Positions 40,546 through 53,315 of a stretch of 64,000 nt of DNA are shown in pieces. The notes below the pieces were generated by a model. The model searched no databases and was not told the DNA's origin. It saw only the letters and a program-made list of their open reading frames with translations. This stretch comes from Felis catus (taxonomy: Eukaryota). The DNA is taken from assembly GCF_018350175.1 (NCBI RefSeq), contig NC_058368.1, forward strand, positions 164,798,001-164,862,000, given 5' to 3'. A program made the position numbers and the translations under genes. Numbering within the stretch: position 1 is the first letter of the stretch; every line of letters begins with the position of its first letter.

Positions 40546-41685
40546 TTTACATAAAGCAATAAAAACCAAAAGACTCACTTCATTTTATTTTTAGGCAAAG
40601 TTGTATAATTTATTGAATTCTTAAGGTGTTAGTAAACTATTGAAAATCTGCAAGAACCTTGCAAAGCATCCTCTTTAACTCTATATTGTCTTTCCTTAGC
40701 ACTTAACATGTTTACTTTCATCAGTCTAGTAACGTAATTTTTACTCAACTCCAGATAATTCTTTAGTGGGAAAGATTTCTTTTCTCCTTGTTACATTGTA
40801 GGAAATTGTTTCCATGTGACATCTCTTACTAGAGGCTTTGGTCAAAGTTGGTCAAAGAGGGTGTTATTCAACACCCACTTTCACCTTTGACTCTTCCAAA
40901 AGATGCATCAGAAATATTCATCAATCCTGGAAATAAATATTCACAGGCACTCTCTATCAAGTCTAAAGACTGATTCCAGTCACTCCCGATTATGTTATAA
41001 AGTATCTCATGAAAAAAAATTTAATCTCTTTTTCATTTGTTTCTTATTTTCAGACATTTTAAAATCTCAATATTCTATCAAAAACAGAGTAGTGTCCAGG
41101 AACGACATCTGGGACTGCTTAACTAATCTAATTTTCTTAGGTTATTTTACTAATATTCAGTCAATTAAGAAATGGTGGTGCTCTTCATGCTGCAATTCAG
41201 TGTGATCATTTGCAAGCTGCTTTATTTTCTCTATTTAATTTTTTTTAAATGAGAGACCAATGAGTCCAATTAATATTAACTCCACAAACAATTAATTTTA
41301 CATTAAAAATAAATGGCTTCAATTGATCACAATTCTAGTCAACTGCTGGAATTCAGTGCTAATTTGGGAATGGCAGGGAACAAAGATTCATGAAGGTTAG
41401 GAATTAGATCTCAGTTATATTTCAAAGAAAATTGTTTGGATTAGTGAAGAATGTTGATAAAATTTCATAGTGAGCAATGATAAAATGACTTCCTGAATGC
41501 TTCGATACTGAAATTAACCTGTATAATAAAGTACATTAAAGAATAAATGGTCAGTGATACTTTTGAGTTACACAAGAAACATTTATAAAGGAAAGGTAAC
41601 TAGTACCTGTTATTGAGAGAGAAAACTTAGACATTTTTTTTTTAATTGTGACATAATCCTATAGGATATAAATAAGCTCAGATTT

Positions 41686-41918
41686 TCTTTTAGAGTTTAT
41701 TTATTTTTTTTTTTTTACTTATTTTGAGAGAGACAGATAGTATGAGTGGCAGGAGGCCAGAGAAAGGGAGAAAGAGAGAGGGGAGAAAGAATCCCAAGCA
41801 GGCCCTGCCCTGCCAGTGTGGAGTCTGATGTGGGGTTCAAACCCACAAAGCCACGAGATTATAACCTGAGCCAAAACTAAGATTTGGACACTTAACCAAC
41901 TAAGCCACCCAAGCTCCC
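41686..41918 (-). mobile_element. Can-SINE (older)
   Basis: Ends aagccacccaagctccc; TSD agctca(g/t)attt. Confidence 0.92.
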
Positions 41919-42689
41919 AGCTCATATTTAGTGTTAGCAAGTTACAGTATTTCCTAAATTCTATTTTAATAATAAATAATTGTTACTTACAAAATAGCAG
42001 TAATTCAATTTTAACTCAGTAGGATGCAGATGATCTGTAAAGCATTTCAAGAAATAGTCCTGAAATAAATAGACATTCATATGCAAAAAAATTAACATAA
42101 AATGGTTCATAGACTTAAATGTAAGATGAAAAACTATATAGCTTTTTGAAGTAAATCTGTGTGACCTTGGATTTAGCAATAAGTTTTTGACACAGTTTTG
42201 TAATAAAGAAAAATTGATAAATTGGTCTTTATTAAAATTTAAAACTATTAGTCTACAAGAGATAGCATTAAGAGTATAAAAGACAAGCCATGTACTAGAG
42301 AAAAATATTTGCAACGCATATATCTGATAAAGTACTTTTTTCCAATATGTATGAAGAAATATTAAAATTCAACAATAAGAAAGTAACAACCCAATTTTAA
42401 AATGGGCCAAACATTTGAAGAGACAACTCACCCAAGATAAAGAGATGGCAAATAAGGGTAAAAAAAGATGCTCGATAGCATTTTTATTGGGAAAATGCCA
42501 ATTAAAACAATGAGTTAAAAGTACACATAAATGAGTGTGGTTAAAGTCTAAAATGGTAACAATACCAGCTTTGGGTTATGATGCAGAGCAACAGGGACTT
42601 TCACTTATTGTTATGGGAAAATGCAAAAATAGAAGAGCCATTTGGAAGGAACTTGGTACTTTCATACAAAACTAAACATATTTCCTAAA

Positions 42690-42903
42690 GATTTTTTTTA
42701 ATGTTTTTATTTATTTTTGAGACAGAGAGAGACAGGGCATGAGCAGGGGAGGGGCAGAGAGAGAGGGAGACACAGAATCCGAAACAGGCTCCAGGCCCTG
42801 AGCCGTCAGCACAGAGCCCGATGCGGGGCTCGAATCACGCACTGTGAGGTCATGACCTGAGCCGAAGTCAGATGCTCAACCGACTGAGCCACCCAGGCGC
42901 CCC
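42690..42903 (-). mobile_element. Can-SINE (SINEC_Fc2-like)
   Basis: Ends caggcgcccc; TSD caaaactaaacatatttc. Confidence 0.96.
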
Positions 42904-43695
42904 TCAAAACTAAACATATTTCTTAACCGTATCATTCCACAATTGTACTCCTAAGTATTGATTTGAAAATTTATGTCCAAATGTAAACCTGCATGCAACT
43001 GTTTATAGCAGCTTTATTCATAATCCCCTTAAACTGGAAGTAATCAAGATGTACTTCAACAGGTGGATGGATAAACAACTCTGTTATAACAGTAACATAG
43101 AATACTTACCAACATTAACAAGAAATGAGCTGTTAAGCCATGGAAGGACTTTGGTGAATCTTAAGTGTATATTGTTAAGTTGAAAAAAAAGTGTGTATGA
43201 GGTCATTTATATGACATTTTGTAAAAGGCAGAGATAGATATACAGATGATAAATGGATCAATGGTTGCCAGGAATTCAGGGTAGGGGGTTTGTATAGGTC
43301 GAGTACAGGGTTTTATGGGCTGATAAAACTACTCTGTATGATAATGTAATGTGGAATATATGAAACCATGAATTTTCAAAACCCATTTTTTTTTACAGCA
43401 GGAAGAGTGAATGCTAAATTCACAAAATTATTATATGCAAATTAAAAATAAATCAGATAGGAATCTAGAGAATCCGGCATGGAATGCAGAATGTGACCAA
43501 GCAGTGTAACTGTATTATAAATGTAGTGAATAGCTTCACCAAAAGACACTGGGAAAGGGCACTAAGTAATGGGGGAAATGAGTAGAGTCTATACGACTGA
43601 TGGTAAAAGTAACTATGCATAAGTATTGGATTCTAGTTGATAGTTGCTTCTAATGGATGTAACGTTTAAAAAGGCTTTTAAACTGAAAAGGTTTT

Positions 43696-43918
43696 GGGGT
43701 GCCTGGGTGGCGCAGTCGGTTAAGCGTCCGACTTCAGCCAGGTCACGATCTCGCGGTCCCTGAGTTCGAGCCCCGCGTCGGGCTCTGGGCTGATGGCTCA
43801 GAGCCTGGAGCCTGTTTCCGATTCTGTGTCTCCCTCTCTCTCTGCCCCTCCCCCGTTCATGCTCTGTCCCTCTCTGTCCCAAAAATAAATAAACGCTGAA
43901 AAAAAAATAAAAAAAAAA
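43696..43918 (+). mobile_element. young Can-SINE (SINEC_Fc type)
   Basis: CpG-rich body, poly-A tail; flanking taaaaaggct repeat displaced from the 5' end by 19 nt. Confidence 0.97.
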
Positions 43919-45018
43919 TAAAAAGGCTGAAACTACTATACTGTTATGCTATGATTTTATAATTAAATACCTAGATGGAAGTAGTGAAAACCAGGGTTCC
44001 TTCTTTTGCAGATAAATCAAAGGGAGAAAGCAAAAAAAAAAAAAATCCGTATAACAATAGAATAGATTTGAAAAAATAAGTATGGACTCATTTTCACTTT
44101 TACAGACATATATCACTCATATTTAATGTGAAGGCAAAATATACCATGAGAAAATAACTTCATTATTTTTTCTCCTTAAGGTTAAAGAAAGCCACTAAAG
44201 AATTTTGAAATGAAAAATGAGATAATATATTTTAATGAGCTTAGAACTCTGATACAGAGTAAGCACTAAATAATATAAATATTTGCTGTTATTAGGAAAA
44301 TCAGTTTGGCAGTAGGGTAATGGAAGGTGTATTGTTGTTGTTCAGGAGGGAGATAATGTTATGTATCTTTATCTTTTTATGAAAATTAAATACATTTAAG
44401 CAAAGTGTATTGCAGTCCACATTTCTATCATTAAAGAAAAGTCAGTAGAGAAGACATCTGAGGTCAAGCCAAGTAGTAAGTCCAGGATGAGACAAATGAA
44501 TGTCTTATTTCCCTTTCTATGTGCAAAGCACACAACTCCTATTTTCAGTTGCATATCACAGAATCAGGAAATGAGGAGTTGATGAGAGTTTGCCTAGTTA
44601 TTTTTGGTTTTTTAGATTTTGCCAAATTTATTCTTGTTTAATATCAAGAAAAAATAATAAACATTGAATTTCAAATGTGTAAAGGAAATTATTCTAGAAT
44701 CTGAAGTTGCAAACAGAATATTCTGCAATATTCTTCTTATCGTTGAGATGTTCATCCTATGTTTGGGACTATAAGTAGAGACATAAAGATTATAAAGATA
44801 CTCAGAAGTTCCCTGGAATTTAAATCTTTTATTTTACTGACTAAGAAACTGTGGTTCTGAGAGCCAAAATCACTAGCACAATGCCCAACATCTTGGTGCT
44901 GGACCTGGACCAAACCAAGTCTTGTGATTCTGTTTTCACTTTTTCTTCTACTTTACTCAATTTTCCCCTAGAAGATTGTCAAATATGAATTATCTCATTT
45001 TAAAAATAAGTCTATAAT

Positions 45019-45152
45019 GGGGTACCTGGCTGGCTCAGTCAGTACTGCATGCAATTCTTGATCTCAGGGTTGTGAGTTCAAGCCCCACATTGGTTATAGA
45101 GTTTGCTTTAAAAACAAAAACAAAAACAAGACAAAAACAAAAATAAAAACAA
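45019..45152 (+). mobile_element. short old Can-SINE
   Basis: ggggtacctggctggctcagtc...gagttcaagccccacattgg with (CAAAAA)n tail. Confidence 0.85.
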
Positions 45153-46298
45153 AATGTTATATATTGTTGAAAGAAATAATTCCTCACATTTCAGTGAAGC
45201 TGGAGTTTATTTACTCATCCCCAAGCAGTATAAATAAATTACCTGATAGCTAAACATAAAGGAGATAAAGGGTACATATGGATCAGTCTCCTCTTCTCTT
45301 CTCTCATGATGGGATATCCGCAGGAAGCACATGTTTTAGAACTTTGTTCCATGGTGTTTAGAGGCAGCTGCCTCAGAGATGCCAAGGGAGTATGCTTATT
45401 CAGGGTTGTTGCTAACTGCTGGGTTACTGCGATTCATGCTACAATTTTTATACATTTGACCCTAACTAGGCAATATGTAGCATTTAGAGAGCAAATAAGT
45501 TTAATCATTAAAATTAATGACATAGATGAAAGAGCTAGAATATGTTAGGATGGAGTTATATCTACATGTTGCATAATGGTCATTTTTTTCTAACATTTCC
45601 AATAACATGGTCCTTTCTGTGGAAATAGAGTTACCTGGAGGGCAATACCTTTTGGTCTCTGTGCCATGACTGGAACCTTAGTTGGGAATTTTAGTCTTTT
45701 TCCTTTTCAGACTTATCATGTATAAAGTCATAAGTTTTTCTGCATGACAGACTAAAATTTTCCTCTGGTGGGTTGTTCCTGTGGAAACTAACAGATCCAT
45801 TTAGATCGCACATTATGACATGTCCTCCAGATTAACCTTTATCATTAATAAAGGCAATATATTGATTTATTGATGCCTTTTTTTCTTGAGCATAGATGTA
45901 GCTGCCGTTCATTGAGAGATTTCAAACTCCCAAAATCTGTATCACAGATATATGGAGAAGAGTATATGAAATATAATTTACCTTTTTCCTGATTATAAAA
46001 ATTAATAGAATGTGGAATATAGTAAAGTAAGAAGAAATGATTGCCTTTAATGTTTTCACTTGGTCTTTTGAATATATGTGTACATAAAGCAGGATATAAA
46101 ATTGACTAACAGTATATTCCTGTTATTTTCAGAATTACCAAGTTTAAAATCTGCTTAAATCAGCTTGAATAGGGATGGACCAGACATATAGTAAGACATT
46201 TAATTTTTAACACATTTTTATATTAAAAAGTACATTGCAGACAACATACAAATGCTTAAATTCTCATCAGATATTTCTGACGATTTTTGTAGCACATA

Positions 46299-46516
46299 TT
46301 TTTATTTTTATTTTTATGTTTATTTGTTTTTAAGAGCAAGAGAGACAGAGCATGAGCAGGGGAGGGGCAGAGAGAGAGGGAGACACAGAATCCGATACAG
46401 GCTCCAGGCTCCGAGCTGTCAGCACAGAGCCTGACATGGGCCTTGAACCCATGGAACGTGAATCATGACCTGAGCCGAAGTTTGACACCCAACCGACTGA
46501 GGCACCCAGGCGCCCC
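46299..46516 (-). mobile_element. Can-SINE (SINEC_Fc2-like)
   Basis: Ends caggcgcccc; degenerate TSD tgtagcacatat / tatagcatagat. Confidence 0.95.
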
Positions 46517-48362
46517 TATAGCATAGATCTTTACAAGGTAAATATTCTTGAAAAAGTGGAAAAAAAATGTTTTTTTGCATTTAGCAATATTTTTTTGCAT
46601 GTGGCATTTATTAGCAAAGAAAGATGGTCAAATGTTTTTCAGAGGTTGGTATTTATTTGCGCCAGGGACTGGAAGAGGGTACAGTTGTGGTGAGGAGATC
46701 ATATAGACCTGTGATCTCTGCTACATTAGTCGCTGTCCACATATGGCTATTTAAAGTTAAATTAAAAATTTAGTTACAGTGTGCCTGGCATATTTTAAAT
46801 ACCTTGCAATATTTGGTGTAAAAATACATGAAGAAGTACACTAAAGGATGATGAGACCACTGGAGTTAGTGATTCAGAAGTAATGTGTGACTTTGCAGAC
46901 AGCAGTTGTACCATTCTGCTAATAAGAGCTGATGCCCTGTTGCTGTTGTACTTATGGAATGAGGGTAACTGAGGCAGTCCGTACAGATTACATTTAAAAA
47001 AAAAGTTAATCCAAGGGAGTAAACAAGAACCTTAAATATGTTTATTAGCAATTATTTAGAATATCTGGAAAAAAAACTGACACTTTTAATATTTTTTGAA
47101 GTGTTCGCCATAAGCTCAATAATTACCGTTAGATGATCACTTCAGCTCCAATTGTATTGTGCATGAATTGCGTGTCACATAAACCATCTTCTGGACTAAA
47201 GCTTATATACCAAGAAAATAAAAATTACTGAATTGTAACTGTAAGATGTCAATAGCATATAAATTATTTATATTGGTATTACCAAAAATAAAAGTCATCA
47301 GGACCCCATTTTATAAACCATAAGGAAATAAAGAAAATGGATATTTCCCCTCTTATTCTTAGCCTATCTATTTTAAATGCTCTAGTTAATAATTATTTAA
47401 TAGAAACTTTATAATTCACAGTGTTAGATAATAAAAGGAACTGGAATTACAGTAATTTTGCATCACAGAACCACAACCTGACACTTAAAGCCCTGAAAAT
47501 CAGGAAACCAGAACCATTACTGGGAAAGGAGGTAAAATACCTTGCTTGTGTGTTTAATAAAAGGATAAAGCTCTCACCATTATAAAGGTGAGGGTTTTTA
47601 ATTTAATTGAGGGTTTCCTTTTCTGCCTTTCCAGAAAGTCAAGCATTTTGTTCTTCTGCAGCAATTGGAATTTGTCTTCCTGTCACCATTTTGTTCATCT
47701 TTTCACTTTGACTGCATACAACTACTTTATATTGCCTCACTTTGCCTGAATCTTTCCTCTGTCCAAGGAAATAATAATTGAAACAGATTATTTTTAAGGT
47801 CAAAGAAAAAACTGAAACTAGGGTATTACTTCCGCAAGATCATACTCTTCTTTCTTCTTCCCTTTCATGGGGTGACTAATGAACTATAAAAGAACCATAG
47901 TTTAACGGAAGGCACATGAACAATCTCAGTGGTCTTAAAACTAATGATTACAGAAAAGAGAACATGCTTTAGCCATATTGTAACCAAGTCATTCTCATAT
48001 TAAATGAATTGATGTTGACACACTTTAAAATTTTGCTGTCTATAAATTTTTTTCTCCTAAAAGAATACATATTTTTTCTCCATTTTCCTGGAAAATCAAC
48101 ATCTAATTATAATTCCATTAAAACATACCTTCTGTTTCTTTGGTTTAAAATCTTTACCTGCCAAAGTTAAAATTTACCATTCTGAACAGTAATCACAATA
48201 ACATACATTTTCCTCCATGTTTTCACAATGATTAACAAATTCTGAATATCAATTCAAAAACTTGGTATTTTTAAAAAATAATTCTTTGCTTCCTTATAAA
48301 TTTCTACTAGTTGGTCATTCAAAATCTACCTCAAAAGGGTGTTTTAAAAATAAGTTAAAGTA

Positions 48363-48585
48363 AGGGCACCTGGGTGGCGCAGTCGGTTAAGCGTCCGACT
48401 TCAGCCAGGTCACGATCTCGCGGTCCGTGAGTTTGAGCCCCGCGTCAGGCTCTGGGCTGATGGCTCGGAGCCTGGTGCCTGTTTCTGATTCTGTGTATCC
48501 CTCTCTCTCTGCCCTTACCCCGTTCATGCTCTGTCTTCATGCTCTGTCTCTCTCTGTCCCAAAAAAAAAAAAAAAAAAAAAAAAA
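48363..48585 (+). mobile_element. young Can-SINE with 13-bp internal duplication
   Basis: SINEC_Fc body, ttcatgctctgtc twice, pure poly-A, TSD aagttaaagt. Confidence 0.96.
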
Positions 48586-49689
48586 GTTAAAGTGAAATTT
48601 ATTTATTTATTTTTTGCCATTCAATACATAAGTTCCTCTAGTGTGTCATTAGATTTGAGAAATCATTCCTTCCCCTTTTTGTTTATTACTACCTTGTAAT
48701 ACTTCCAGAGATCTGTCATTGCTAAACTTAGTCATTGCTAAACTGCTGGGCTTTACATACATCTATCTTTTACACTCCTCAGCAGGTTTTCCAATGTATT
48801 CATCATCTCGGTTTTGGAGCCAGACTCCTTTGATTACCTGGTGATACTAGGATTGAAGCTGAACATATATATATCTCTACAGTTAATTTTGTCATAATAT
48901 ATTTATAAAAAATATTTTTTCTTCAATAAAAATAATTTTGCTGCCCTCTAAATTTGAAGAAAGACATCTTTTATTATTTTTAATGATAGCACTTTCTTTT
49001 ACTTTCCTTTTTTTTTTTTTTTTTGATTTCTCAGTTTCTGGCAAGATGTGTACCTCTTGGTTGCTTATATTTTTAATACCTTAGGCCTTCTTTTGTTAGT
49101 TGATATATGTATTTTTTATTTTAAGGTATACTAGATGAATGAGAGTAGTGTTCAATAGAAATGTGAGCAGCATGGAATCATTTGTTGATACTGTTGGTTT
49201 CAGCAGTGGCTTGAAGAGTACACACTTAGCTGTGAAATACAGTTGTTTAGTTAGTTTTACTTCCTGCCTGATCAGTGAATTCGACCAAATACACGATGTA
49301 GTAGGAAATTGTATAGTTTCAAATCAAAGTGGATAAAAGCATAATATCAAACTTTCAGTTACCTTCACAAATTCATTATAATATGTGACTTGCAGTTTCT
49401 TCTACTATATACTAGGAATAAAACAAAAAATGCCTCCTCATCTTAATAGGATCCATGGGGATTTTTTTTCTTTTTTCAGTGCCAGGAAAAGCTGTGATGA
49501 TTCTTTTCAACTTTTTTTTCCTTTTTAAATGGAAACCAAGTAATAAAATTAAACCTATACCATACTTTGGTGTGATGGTTCAGCAGCTCGTAGCCAAATT
49601 TTCAACCCAACCTTACAATAGTCTGCATAGTCTTATACATTATTTAGCACTAGCTGTACCCAAAATATTTCCCTATTTGAATCATTTAT

Positions 49690-49903
49690 TTAAAAAAATA
49701 TATATTTATTTATTTTTGAGAGACATAGAGACATAGAGCACAAGTGGGGGAGGGGCGGAGAGAGAAGGAGACACAGAATCTAAAGCAGGCTCCAGGCTAC
49801 AAGCTGTCAGCACAGAGCCTGACACGAGGCTTGAACTCAAACCGCGAGATCATGACCTGAGCCGAGGTCGCATGCTCAACCAACTGAGCCACTCAGGTGC
49901 CCC
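49690..49903 (-). mobile_element. Can-SINE (SINEC_Fc2-like)
   Basis: Ends gagccactcaggtgcccc. Confidence 0.95.
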
Positions 49904-51663
49904 TACATCATTTATTTTATCTTCTCTTTTATCTTAATGTATTTTTTTTCCTGTCTTATAGCATGCATTAGTAAAAAGTCACTTCATTACTAAAAAGCCA
50001 TCTCATTTGGAATGAGGTTAAGATTAAATAAATTAATGGACTAAATTCTCATGACATACATAGTATAGATTACATTTTCTAAATTATATGAAATGCTAAA
50101 TACAGTGCCTTACAGAGATGAGGACCCCATTAATATTTTTTTCCTCCCTTCTCTTATATTCCCCACTGAGGCTAAAAGGGAAGTCTCATTTCTTTTATTC
50201 ATTCAATCATCTCAAAAATAATTATGTAACTTCAGTACCATTAGGATTTCTATTCCCCTTGGAACTTTGATAAATTTGTCTAAAATATCCATTTATAAAA
50301 CCAATGTGGGCTCATCGGCCTCCTTACAAGTTCTGCTGCTACCTACTTGTAGACACTTAAATTCTAATCCAGTACAGTATTGTTATAAAACTGATCACCC
50401 ATATTGTGTGGAGTATGTATTGGAAGAGTGAGGCAGGGAGAGAGCAGGGAGCCATTTATGTGGTAGGAGAAAGAATGCGAGCTGGCATGAATAAAATGTC
50501 TATGAAAGGTGGGAGACGTCCATCACCTCCTTTACTACAGCCTGTACATGACTTCTACCCTAGTTCAGAAGGGCTAGGGCATCCTGTTTATTAAGACGGC
50601 TAGTGTTAAAGTTTGAAACCTTCAGTAAAGAAGTTATTGACTAGGGGGAGGCATTGGTCATGAATTCTTTTCCATTTGTAAAACATAGAAATTGGGCAGA
50701 TTTTTTTTTAATTCACCTTGTCTTTACTGATAAAGTCAATATTAAAGAATAGATTAGGAGGAGAACCAACTGTTCTAACTGGTTCTTTCTAGCTCCTGGA
50801 TCTAGGCCTTAACACAGCCAACCTGAGGATTTAAGTTGAGTATTAGCACACACTTACCCACCATTGGTGTAAACATCAGTTGTCCAGTGTGGAGAGAGGG
50901 AAGTGAGGGCCTGAGTCTCCCACACTTACTGTCTTATAATATATATATTAAACGTATTCAATTCAGAAATTAAATTCAACCCCTATTCAAGTAGTCCATA
51001 ATGTGGAGGAAGAAGTAAATGGGCAACAGGATAAGATTATTTAGGCTAGAATCTCACTTTATTAGAACCAGAAGAATGGGGATATAAAGGGTTGTGTATG
51101 ATGATTGTAAATTACATATTACAGAAACATAAGGGTACAGGGGAAAATGCAGATGGGGAGATTAAGAACCCATACATGCATGAGAGGCTGACCTTTGGGA
51201 TGAATAGTCCAAAGTTTTGTTATCGTGTTCCACAATTAGGTCAACACAGGCTTCAGGGAAGACATCCTGCTAATAAGCATCACCATTCCACCGTCTTCCC
51301 AGAGCTGCTCAGAAGTGTGATCTGCCTTTTTCCTTAGACAATGACACATAAGACTAGTAGAGTAGGAGTCTGTTTAATATATTTACAACTAGGGTTTAGG
51401 GAATCTACAAGCTACTGAAAATTTTATTAACTACTCTTGAATTAAAGTGTCAGAGGCCTGAATCAGTATTGTTCCCTATACTCTTCATTATGGCGTATTC
51501 AAGATAATGAGCTCATTTACTCACAGTAAGTACCTTTAGTTAGTAACTGGTGTTAAGTTGAAGAAAGACTCTTCTGATTCTCCTTTTCCTTCTTACTTGT
51601 TGCTATTGCCCTAGCCCAGACTCTCCTTACAAAATGTTCTGGAGTTGTCCCACAAGTCCCCCA

Positions 51664-51908
51664 GGTGTGCTTCAGTGGCTTAGTCAGTTAAGCATCCAAC
51701 TTCGGCTCAGGTCATGATCTTAAGGTTTGTGAGTTTGAGCCCCATGTTGGGCTCTGTGCTGACAGTTCAGAGCCTGGAGCCTGCTTTGGATTCTGTGTCT
51801 CCCTCTCTTTCTGCCCCTCCCCTGCTCACATTCTGTCTTTCTCTCCCTCTCTCTCTCTCTCCCCCCACCCTTTCTCTCAAAAATAAACATTAAGAAAAAA
51901 AATTAAAA
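51664..51908 (+). mobile_element. Can-SINE (intermediate age)
   Basis: gtggcttagtcagttaagc...gagcctggagcctgc...(CT)n, A tail, flanking aagtccc repeat. Confidence 0.93.
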
Positions 51909-52039
51909 AGTCCCCTAGATTCCCAAGATGTGCTCCAATGCCGCATGTGCTCTTTCTAAAACCACAGTTGAATTCTCCTTCATGAAAGTGAAAGTTTTTA
52001 GTCTTAGCAAGGACCGTGCCAGTCCTTTTCCTTTTGACG

Positions 52040-52112
52040 TGCCTGGTGTCAAACAAGTGGTTTGGCACATGATTAGCACTCAATATATATTTGTTGGATG
52101 AATGAATGAATG
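52040..52112 (+). mobile_element. L2 3' end
   Basis: tggcacatgattagcactcaatatatatttgttggatgaatgaatgaatg. Confidence 0.65.
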
Positions 52113-52134
52113 GCCATGTTATTATCTATTTTAA

Positions 52135-52140
<6 letters not shown>

Positions 52141-52188
<48 letters not shown>
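52141..52188. repeat. (TA)n microsatellite
   Basis: Seen directly. Confidence 0.95.
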
Positions 52189-52193
<5 letters not shown>

Positions 52194-52329
52194 TCTCCAA
52201 TATGTGCAAGTAACTAGCTGTACAAATTCTTTACAAGGTACCCAATGAACTGGATGAGCTGTTCCCAACTTACTGTCCCATTCATTTGTTGATTCTTTCA
52301 CGTGCACTTCATGTGCAAAGACATGGCAG

Positions 52330-52765
52330 TAAGCAAAAGAGACATTATCTGCCCTTGAAGAGCTTATATTCTTGTGAAGGATGGACAAGAAAAAAAAAAA
52401 ATAAAACTATAACATGCAAAGAAGTAACACATGAAAATAAGTAGAACTGGGTAAGAACAATCTTGCTGGTCAGATAGACCTTTTAAATAAGGAGGAATTT
52501 GAGAAAAGACCTGAAGGAAATGAAATTAATCGTGTAAATACCACAGGGCAAAGTGTTCCAGGCAACAGATCTGAGGGAGTGTGCTTCACCAAGATTACAT
52601 TGGACCTTTTGTGACACTGTATCTTGGCTTTTACTCTGGGTTAAATGAAGAACAAATGGAGAGTTTTGTTCAGAAGACAAATGTGACCTGCCCTTTTTTA
52701 TGGGATTACTGGAGCTGACTGCTGGGTTGAGAAAATGTAGATCAGAAAAGGGTGACAGGTGACAT
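52330..52765 (-). mobile_element. L2 fragment
   Basis: ctgcccttgaagagcttatattc...gacctgaagga...gtgttccaggca...ttggcttttactctg. Confidence 0.6.
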
Positions 52766-53089
52766 GCAATTGAATACAAGCCAGTCAATAAAAATAAGTT
52801 GAAAAATTTATATGTTGATATTCAAGGATGTTGTGACTTAATGTTAATGAAATAAGATAAATTATAAAGAAGGCTATTAACATGATCCTAGAGAAAAAAA
52901 ACTGAAAAACCTGTATATGAAATTATCAAAGTAGTTTTGCTCTGGCAACATTGAAGAATATTTCACTTTTTAAAAATTCCTTCATATAATATGAGTTTTA
53001 TATTAATTTATTTATTTTTAATATGAAATTTATTTAATTTTAAAAATTAATTTTGTTCTACATGTATTGAATGATATATGTCATGCCAT

Positions 53090-53150
53090 TTATTTATTTA
53101 TTTATTTATTTTAGAAGGAACAACTGTGAGCCAGGAAAGGAACATGATGA

Positions 53151-53196
<46 letters not shown>

Positions 53197-53315
53197 CTTA
53201 ATCAGGCTCCATGCTCAGTGCAGAGCCTGACACAGGGCTCGATCCCACAGCCCTGGAATCATGACCTGAACCGACTTCAGGATTTGGACACTCAACTGAG
53301 TCACCTAGTTGCCCC
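53090..53315 (-). mobile_element. Can-SINE (older)
   Basis: (TTTA)n tail, (GA)n, ends ctgagtcacctagttgcccc. Confidence 0.9.

Larger units (their letters stand above)
42035..44100 (+). mobile_element. old L1 (L1MC3-like) ORF2 end and 3'UTR, interrupted by two SINEs
   Basis: aaattgataaattgg...atatctgataaag...gtttatagcagctttattcataat...atggaatgcagaatgtgac...gtaactgtattataaatg. Confidence 0.8.

Noticed and set aside
49126..49336. Acceptor-like site followed by a 65-aa ORF
   Set aside because: There is no convincing donor or recognisable peptide, so the evidence is insufficient.
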